Source: an uncultured bacterium (GTDB taxonomy: Bacteria > AUK180). Taken from it: a stretch of DNA of 33,486 nucleotides. Position numbers and translations under genes: made by a program. Location: positions 1 to 33,486 of the forward strand of contig CALMGJ010000003.1 of the NCBI GenBank assembly GCA_937863565.1. Reading direction: 5' to 3'. Below the pieces are notes generated by a model, which worked only from the letters and a program-made list of their open reading frames with translations, made no database searches and was not told the origin of the DNA. Shown here in pieces: positions 26,908 to 33,486 of this stretch (within the stretch, counting starts at the first letter, position 1; every line of letters starts with the position of its first letter).

Positions 26908-27702
26908 ATGAAAAGAATTTTGTTCATTGCAACAGTATGCACAGTAATGCTCATATCGGCAACGGGGTTCACCGGGAAACCTTTCTTTACGGATATTCCC
27001 GGAGGTAATGCCTTTTCCGACAGGGAACTTCTTGCTTATTACGATTATCTGCTCGGCTCGACGAATTCCCCGCTTGATGAAATACCTACGCACGATATCT
27101 ATTACAACGGTAATTTCAGATTCTCCTTCAGCCCGAGGGATTTCGTACAGATAACGCTTCTCGTGTACAGTTTTGCCCCATTCTCGACGGCAGTGAATGC
27201 CGACTTCAACATACTCCCGGAAGGGGACAAGATATGGAAGCCCGCGCTGCATGCAGGCATACAGAATCTGTCTTGGGACAGATACGCATCTACGGAAGGG
27301 GAACATGAAGAATACGATCATCTGACTTATGATGATGAGAACTTCTACAGTGCGAATTCAGTTTATGTCTCCATAAGCAGGACAATAAGCAATTTCGTAC
27401 TCGTGATAGGACTGGGCGGAGGCAAATTTGTCGGGTTCTCCGAATGGTCGGAGCGGGTGAGCATCGGCGGCCTGGCTTCATTGTTCGGCGGTATAGGGTA
27501 CCGGCTTAAACTCGGTTCAGCGGAAGTGCTTCTTTCCGCTGAAGAAGATGGAAGGGATTTCAATATGGCGGCGAACTCATATTTTAACCTTGAAAAGATC
27601 ACTATTTGCCTCACGCTCGGTGTCGTTAAAGCGGAACACTGGTTCCAATCAACCGGATTCCAACCTAAGTTCAGATTTGCTCTTGCGGTGATACCAAGGT
27701 AG
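26908..27702 (+). CDS. Exported beta-rich protein, probable small OM barrel (YjbH-like), paralogous to the N-terminus of 11481
   Basis: Signal peptide; PALHAGIQNL, NSVYVSISR, IGLGGGKFVG and LFGGIGY parallel motifs in the 690-aa protein. Confidence 0.65.
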   Translation: MKRILFIATVCTVMLISATGFTGKPFFTDIPGGNAFSDRELLAYYDYLLGSTNSPLDEIPTHDIYYNGNFRFSFSPRDFVQITLLVYSFAPFSTAVNADFNILPEGDKIWKPALHAGIQNLSWDRYASTEGEHEEYDHLTYDDENFYSANSVYVSISRTISNFVLVIGLGGGKFVGFSEWSERVSIGGLASLFGGIGYRLKLGSAEVLLSAEEDGRDFNMAANSYFNLEKITICLTLGVVKAEHWFQSTGFQPKFRFALAVIPR

Positions 27703-27711
27703 AAATCCATT

Positions 27712-29556
27712 TTGAATAGTACGTTCCAGTCCACATTCAACGGAAAAAAAGAAGACCTGAAAAAGTTCTTCGGGTATCTGAAGGAGTATATTCCCCGCTA
27801 TCTCGTTGGTCTGTTCGTTCTATTCTTTACGGATTTTTTTACGCTGATCACGCCGAAACTAACGGCGTTCGCTATAGATGCCATGAAGGCGCTCGTGGAC
27901 GGCACGCCTGTCAAGGCCGACCTGTATTTCGAAATAATAAATGACCATATTTCCGCCTGGGCCGATTCGATAAGAGCTTCTCATTCGTACACGATTATCC
28001 TCTGGGCAGGCATTCTTATAATCGGAGTGAACGTCATCGCAGGCGTCTTCAGGTTCTTCTGGCGCCAGTATATAATGAGAACATCGTTCAGAGTGGATTA
28101 TGATCTCAGGAACGATTACTACGGGAAATTACTCTCGCTTCCGATGAGTTTTTATTCAAAGTTCACAACAGGCGAGATCATGTCCCGGGCAACGAGCGAT
28201 CTTGGTGCGATAAGGCAGATGGCGGGTCCGGGAATAATGGCGATGTTCGACCCTGTATTCATGGGGCTCATCTCGATATTCAATATGTGGGTGATCAATA
28301 AACGCCTCGCACTCACTGCGCTCTTGCCCTTGCCGCTGATCGCTATACTTGTTTTCACCTTTGAGAAGATAATCTACAAATACTTCAAAGAAGTGCAGCA
28401 GAAGTTCTCGGAGATAACTAATTTTTCCCAGAACAGCTTCCAGGGAATCAAGATAATTAAATCCTATGTGAAGGAAAGCGCAATATCAGACCGTTTTGCA
28501 GAGGGTTCCGACCAGTATAGGAAAAGTAATCTGAAATTGATACGGACGGAAGGGCTTTTCCATCCGATGATCGTGTTCTTTTCAAGCCTGTCCCTAATCA
28601 TCATACTCTGGTACGGCGGCCGTTTGGTCATCAACGGACAGATCTCTATCGGGAATTTTTATGCTTTCCAGGGATATCTTCTCTCTCTCGTATGGCCTAT
28701 GATAGCGATCGGGTGGGTCATTACTATCTGGGTAAGGGGAACGGCTTCGATGTCGAGGGTGAACGAGATCCTGAAAGAGGAAGACACGCTTCTATCCGGT
28801 GAACGCAGTATATACAAGATCAACTCGGTCGAATTTAAAAATGTCTGGTTCAAGTATCCGGCAAGCAAGGACTGGGTGCTCAGGAATATAAACTTCACGA
28901 TATCGGGAAGCGAAAGGATCGCATTTGTGGGCAAGATAGGCTGCGGAAAAACTACTATATTCGAAGTGCTTCTCCGGTTCTACGATGTGCAGAAAGGCGA
29001 GATCCTTATTAACGGGGCCAATATCAAAGAATACAATACAGATCATTTGAGGCGCGCGATGGGATATGTTCCTCAGGATAGTTTTCTTTTCTCCGAATCC
29101 CTCAAAGATAATATCATCCTTTCGAAGAAGGATATTGCGGCCGAACTTGAAAAAACGATAATGAATTCAGGGCTTGACGATACGATAAATGATTTCAGGG
29201 ACGGGATCGGAACCGTCGTGGGCGAACGGGGCATTACGCTCTCCGGCGGACAGAGACAGAGAATGACCATCGCCCGGGCACTTTACGGGAGCCCGGAGAT
29301 CATATTGTTCGACGATTCTTTCTCCGCAATAGATTCGCATATAGAGAAAAAGATCCAAAATAACATCGAAGAAGATTATGCGGGTATCAAACAGATCTTC
29401 ATTACACACAGGTTTTCAGCAATTCAGCATGTTGACCGCATCTATGTGCTGAAAAGCGGGGAGATCGTCGAAAGCGGCAGATACTCTGATCTCATCGAAA
29501 AGAAAGGTGAGTTTTATAAGATTAAATTGACGCAGCAGCTGGAGGAAGAGAAATGA
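27712..29556 (+). CDS. ABC exporter TMD-NBD subunit A (MdlA/YheI-like); TTG start uncertain
   Basis: TM domain, TGEIMSRATSD, Walker A GKIGCGKT, LSGGQ, degenerate Walker B ILFDD. Confidence 0.92.
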   Translation: MNSTFQSTFNGKKEDLKKFFGYLKEYIPRYLVGLFVLFFTDFFTLITPKLTAFAIDAMKALVDGTPVKADLYFEIINDHISAWADSIRASHSYTIILWAGILIIGVNVIAGVFRFFWRQYIMRTSFRVDYDLRNDYYGKLLSLPMSFYSKFTTGEIMSRATSDLGAIRQMAGPGIMAMFDPVFMGLISIFNMWVINKRLALTALLPLPLIAILVFTFEKIIYKYFKEVQQKFSEITNFSQNSFQGIKIIKSYVKESAISDRFAEGSDQYRKSNLKLIRTEGLFHPMIVFFSSLSLIIILWYGGRLVINGQISIGNFYAFQGYLLSLVWPMIAIGWVITIWVRGTASMSRVNEILKEEDTLLSGERSIYKINSVEFKNVWFKYPASKDWVLRNINFTISGSERIAFVGKIGCGKTTIFEVLLRFYDVQKGEILINGANIKEYNTDHLRRAMGYVPQDSFLFSESLKDNIILSKKDIAAELEKTIMNSGLDDTINDFRDGIGTVVGERGITLSGGQRQRMTIARALYGSPEIILFDDSFSAIDSHIEKKIQNNIEEDYAGIKQIFITHRFSAIQHVDRIYVLKSGEIVESGRYSDLIEKKGEFYKIKLTQQLEEEK

Positions 29557-31346
29557 GAGGCGGAGGCCACGGGGGCCGCGGCAGAGGCGGTTCATCCGAT
29601 TCCGATGAAATTACCGGGAAGATTTTCGATTCAAAGATCATCCGGAAACTTTTCGGGTTCTTCCGGCCCTATTTTCCACTTGCTCTTGTAGCTCTTCTTA
29701 TGGTGCTTGCATCTTCACTCATGGACCTGATCGGGCCGCTTCTTTTCAAGAAAGCCATCGATGTGTATATTCCCGCGAAGGATTTCACAGGGCTCAGGCA
29801 TACGGCCATCTTCTATCTTGTGATCACTTTTTTCACTTCGCTTCTATTCTATCTTAGGGCGATCCTCGCAGGAACTTTAGGGCAGAACGTTGTTTATGAT
29901 ATCAGGGCAAAACTATATTCTCACCTTCTGCGGCTTTCCGTGAACTATTTCGGGAAGAACCCTATAGGACGCCTTACCACAAGAGTAACCAATGATGTTG
30001 AAAGCCTTAATGAACTTTTTACGGCCGGTTTCATAGAGATGTTCGCGGATATCTTCACGATAGTTTTCATTCTTGTCATTGCATTTAAAATAAGCGTTTC
30101 ACTGACTCTGGTCACGCTTCTCATCACGCCCGTGATGCTGGTAGCGGTCACGATGTTCAGAAAATTCATACAGCCGGCATATCTTGAGATCAGAAGGACG
30201 CTTGCGGAGCTCAATGCCGAACTTGGGGAGGACCTCGGAGGTATGAAGGTCATAAAGGCGTTCACCGAGGAAAAAAGAACGATGAATAAATTGAAGACCA
30301 AGAACAAGGAATATCTTAAGGCAAATGAGAGGTCCGTCTTCGTCCATTCTGTCTTTTTTCCCGTAGTGGAGATACTCGAATCAGCAGCACTTGCCATTAT
30401 CGTTTGGTTCGGAGGCGGAAGACTGCTCAAGGCCGATCCTTCAATGACCGCGGGAACGCTTTTCGCTTTCCTCCTTTATTTCAGAAGGATTTACCGCCCC
30501 ATCAACGACCTTGCCCAGAAATTCAATATCTTCCAGAACGCCGTCGCCTCGAGCGCACGCATATTCAATATCCTCGATTCAACTGACTTTATCCCGGATA
30601 CGGGAAGGGAAAAGATCGTGGAATGCAATGAGATAGAGCTCAAGGATATCTCCTTCTCCTATGGGAAGGAAGAAGTGCTTCAGAACATTAATTTCAAGGT
30701 TAGAAAGGGCGAGAAAGTGGCTTTGGTCGGACACACGGGTTCCGGAAAATCAACGATCATCAATCTTCTTCTCAGGTTCTGGGATGTGGAGCACGGACAA
30801 CTTCTCATCGACGGGAAAGGTATCAAGGAATATGCGTTAGGCGCGTTGAGAAAAAAATTCGGTCTTGTTCCCCAGGATATCTATCTTTTCGAAGGCACCG
30901 TTTTCGACAATATCGTTCTCGAAAATCCCGATATTTCAAAGGAGACCGTTGAAATGAGGGCAGAAGAGGTCGGTCTCACAGAAATACTCAAGAAATTTCC
31001 CAAAGGTCTCTATCACACGGTAGCCGAAGAAGGCAAGAACCTATCTCTCGGAGAAAGACAACTTATATCTTTTGCCCGTATCATGGTCTACGACCCCGAT
31101 GTCCTGATCCTTGATGAACCCACATCGAATATCGATACGGAAACGGAAGAGCTGATCCAGAAAGCTCTCGAGAGGGTGCTTAAAGGCCGAAGCGCCATAA
31201 TGGTCGCTCACAGACTGTCAACGATCAAAACAGCGGACAGAATAGTAGTCCTTTCCCACGGTAAGATCGTGGAACAGGGAACGCATCAGGAACTTCTTAA
31301 GAACAAGGAAGGACATTACTATAAATTATATCTGTCGCAGAGCTGA
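29553..31346 (+). CDS. ABC exporter TMD-NBD subunit B (MdlB/YheH-like)
   Basis: ATGA overlap with its partner; GRLTTRVTNDVE, GHTGSGKS, degenerate signature LSLGE, ILDE, AHRLSTI. Confidence 0.93.
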   Translation: MRGGGHGGRGRGGSSDSDEITGKIFDSKIIRKLFGFFRPYFPLALVALLMVLASSLMDLIGPLLFKKAIDVYIPAKDFTGLRHTAIFYLVITFFTSLLFYLRAILAGTLGQNVVYDIRAKLYSHLLRLSVNYFGKNPIGRLTTRVTNDVESLNELFTAGFIEMFADIFTIVFILVIAFKISVSLTLVTLLITPVMLVAVTMFRKFIQPAYLEIRRTLAELNAELGEDLGGMKVIKAFTEEKRTMNKLKTKNKEYLKANERSVFVHSVFFPVVEILESAALAIIVWFGGGRLLKADPSMTAGTLFAFLLYFRRIYRPINDLAQKFNIFQNAVASSARIFNILDSTDFIPDTGREKIVECNEIELKDISFSYGKEEVLQNINFKVRKGEKVALVGHTGSGKSTIINLLLRFWDVEHGQLLIDGKGIKEYALGALRKKFGLVPQDIYLFEGTVFDNIVLENPDISKETVEMRAEEVGLTEILKKFPKGLYHTVAEEGKNLSLGERQLISFARIMVYDPDVLILDEPTSNIDTETEELIQKALERVLKGRSAIMVAHRLSTIKTADRIVVLSHGKIVEQGTHQELLKNKEGHYYKLYLSQS

Positions 31347-31347
31347 G

Positions 31348-31365
31348 TCAGCGCATTTGCGCTGA
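31348..31365 (+). terminator. GC-rich hairpin after the ABC genes
   Basis: TCAGCGC-ATTT-GCGCTGA directly after the stop; no U-tract. Confidence 0.4.
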
Positions 31366-31508
31366 AGGGAATAACTAATAGTGAAGAGTTTAAATAAATT
31401 GAGAGTTGATAGTTGAGAGTTAGGTGAAACGCAGTGAAAACGAAAAGTAAAAAGAGAATAATAAAAAAAATAGAACAAAGCGTTAAACGCCGGATAAGGG
31501 AGGGATAA

Positions 31509-31778
31509 ATGAAGATCATTGTTGAACAGATAGATGAGAAAAGAAGAAAAGAACTGGGTATTGATTCATGGAGTATTTGGGAAAAAGGTGTATCGGAGTT
31601 CGACTGGAAATATTCGGCACGTGAAATATGCTATATCCTTGAAGGGAGAGCGATCGTGACAACCCCGGACGGGAATAGTGCCGAATTCGGGAAAGGGGAT
31701 CTTGTTACTTTCCCGATAGGCCTCAGTTGCCGCTGGAAGATAATAAAAGCGGTCAGAAAACACTACAAATTCGGATAA
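31509..31778 (+). CDS. Small cupin (EutQ-like/DUF861 type)
   Basis: WSIWEK..SEFDW.Y...EICYILEG; GDLVTFP.G..C.W; VRKHY; SD GGAGGG. Confidence 0.9.
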   Translation: MKIIVEQIDEKRRKELGIDSWSIWEKGVSEFDWKYSAREICYILEGRAIVTTPDGNSAEFGKGDLVTFPIGLSCRWKIIKAVRKHYKFG

Positions 31779-31830
31779 TCGCTCCACTCCGTGAAAATCT
31801 CCCCCAAAAAGTGAAAAATCCGTAACGATA

Positions 31831-31839
31831 TGTTATAAT
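31831..31839 (+). promoter_or_regulatory. Extended -10 promoter upstream of the delta-60 gene
   Basis: TGTTATAAT at 31831-31839; SD AGGAGG at 31891-31896. Confidence 0.55.
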
Positions 31840-31900
31840 AAAGCATATGCTCCTTTAATTGGAATGGAAGGAAATATTTGATCAATATTGAGGAGGCTCT

Positions 31901-33486
31901 ATGAAAAAAGGCGCCTTTTTTATAAGTGTTATACTTTTAGTAATATGGTCAGCTTCGGGGCCGTACTGCGCTTCCGTTGATGATAAATTCGACCCGAACG
32001 CCAACGGCTGGGTCAATACCGTTGATACTCAAGCGGACGGGAAGATCATTATAGGCGGGGCATTTAAATCCGTGAACGGTTTCGCAAGGGATTACATTGC
32101 CCGGCTGAACATCGACGGCTCGGTGGATATCTCGTTCAATGCCTCAGCCGATATGCCGGTCAATGCGGTAAAGGTCCAAAGCGACGGAAAGATCCTGATC
32201 GCAGGCGAATTCACTTTGGTGAATTCAACAAGTAGAAATTTCATCGCCCGTCTTAACGCCGACGGCTCTCTGGACACCTCCTTCATCGGCCCGTCTCTTG
32301 ATAATCCGGTATTGGACATTGCCGTGCAGAGCGACGGAAAAGTGATCGTCGGCGGCAGTTTTACTTCTCCCCGCGGTCATATTGCGCGATTGAATACCGA
32401 CGGCTCTTTAGACAGTTCTTTCAACACGGGGACGAACGGCATAGTGCTTACCGTGGCTTTGCAGGCCGACGGCAAGGTGCTTGCCGGCGGATACTTCTCT
32501 ATGGCAGGGCCTTCGCCGGGAACAACGAGGAACCATATCGCGAGATTCTACAGCGACGGGACAGTGGACCCTGACTTTGATCCGAATACGAATGATATCG
32601 TCAATGATCTTGCCGTACAATCGGACGGAGACATTGTTCTGGGCGGGGTGTTCACATATGTAGGAATGGAGCCGAGGGGACGCATAGCCCGTTTTCATTC
32701 GGACGGTTCTTTGGATTCCCTGCTGAACCGAGCGATGAACGGATCGGTAAATTCATTGTGCATCCAACCGGACGGGAAGATTTTGCTTGGCGGGCAGTTC
32801 TCCGAGATCGATGCCCTGTACACAAGGCCCCGTATAGCAAGATTGAACTTTAACGGCAGCGTAGATACGGGTTTTGCGCCTGATGTCGGTGATACTGTCA
32901 TGGCGATAACGGTCCAGAAGGACGGCAGCATCCTTGTCGGGGGGAAATTCGCTTCGGTGAATGCGGAAACCAGGAATTTTATCGCAAGGCTTTATAAGAA
33001 TGGCCCGCTTGATACGAATTTCAACCCTAATGCCGACGCTCTAGTGCGCTTCACTGTTTTACAGCCTGATGACATGACCATCCTGGGAGGGTATTTTAAT
33101 AATGTCAGCGAGTTACCTCATCCCTTTGCCGCCCGCGTATATATCAATGGCGCAATCGAAACGGGATATGATCCGAATTCCAATAATTTTATAATAACAT
33201 CTGCAATACTCGAGAATGGTTATACTCTTTTCGGAGGTTATTTTGATGTAATTGGCGGCGGCACAGAAAATTTTCTGGCACGGCTTTTCTCTAACGGCGC
33301 CCTTGATACTTCTTTTGCCACAAATATCGATGGTTCCGTTATAACGACCTGTATCCAGCCTGACAGTAAGATCCTGATCTCCGGCAATTTTTCCAGCATC
33401 AACGGAACATCAATTAGCAATATAGCAAGATTGAATGTGGATGGATCTCTCGATACGAGTTTTACTCACGACACATTCAATGATTC
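31901..33486 (+). CDS. Secreted delta-60 repeat beta-propeller protein, runs off the window end
   Basis: ATG 31901 after AGGAGG; signal peptide; about 10 repeats of V..IAVQ.DGKI..GG.F...IARLN.DGSLD.SF. The frame is open to the end, so the ORF track omits it. Confidence 0.9.
   Translation, partial: MKKGAFFISVILLVIWSASGPYCASVDDKFDPNANGWVNTVDTQADGKIIIGGAFKSVNGFARDYIARLNIDGSVDISFNASADMPVNAVKVQSDGKILIAGEFTLVNSTSRNFIARLNADGSLDTSFIGPSLDNPVLDIAVQSDGKVIVGGSFTSPRGHIARLNTDGSLDSSFNTGTNGIVLTVALQADGKVLAGGYFSMAGPSPGTTRNHIARFYSDGTVDPDFDPNTNDIVNDLAVQSDGDIVLGGVFTYVGMEPRGRIARFHSDGSLDSLLNRAMNGSVNSLCIQPDGKILLGGQFSEIDALYTRPRIARLNFNGSVDTGFAPDVGDTVMAITVQKDGSILVGGKFASVNAETRNFIARLYKNGPLDTNFNPNADALVRFTVLQPDDMTILGGYFNNVSELPHPFAARVYINGAIETGYDPNSNNFIITSAILENGYTLFGGYFDVIGGGTENFLARLFSNGALDTSFATNIDGSVITTCIQPDSKILISGNFSSINGTSISNIARLNVDGSLDTSFTHDTFND

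Noticed and set aside
26332-27321. 329-aa minus-strand ORF
   Set aside because: Antisense to two well-supported genes with no recognisable motifs; a shadow ORF.
27712-31346. Degenerate ABC motifs as pseudogenisation, or a dedicated RiPP exporter
   Set aside because: One degenerate site (DD Walker B, LSLGE) is normal for heterodimeric exporters. There is no C39 peptidase domain and no adjacency to the RiPP genes.

Overview
Bacterial chromosomal window from a diderm organism. It encodes PorV-like barrels, T9SS-type C-terminal domains, TamB, OmpA and ClpC; the lineage cannot be assigned from sequence alone. The window opens with an AT-rich repeat region, nrdR and a convergent atypical Ser/Thr kinase. 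A long + strand run follows: wHTH protein, barrel-fused SppA, ClpC, TamB-like protein, barrel/OmpA/TPR protein, PqqD-type RRE and a radical SAM/SPASM enzyme. That run ends in a 48-aa Cys-containing ORF (14770-14916) absent from the ORF track, which looks like the RiPP precursor. A convergent TPR gene has a leaderless 6-codon uORF. Next come two tandem 'PorV-like + CTD cargo' cassettes whose PorV genes share a near-identical 888-bp segment, a second barrel paralog, a heterodimeric ABC exporter, a small cupin and a truncated delta-60 repeat protein. The best novel-system candidates are the RRE/rSAM/precursor cassette and the duplicated PorV-cargo cassettes. No rRNA, tRNA, CRISPR array or transposase was recognised. 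All family calls come from reading motifs by eye, not from database searches.
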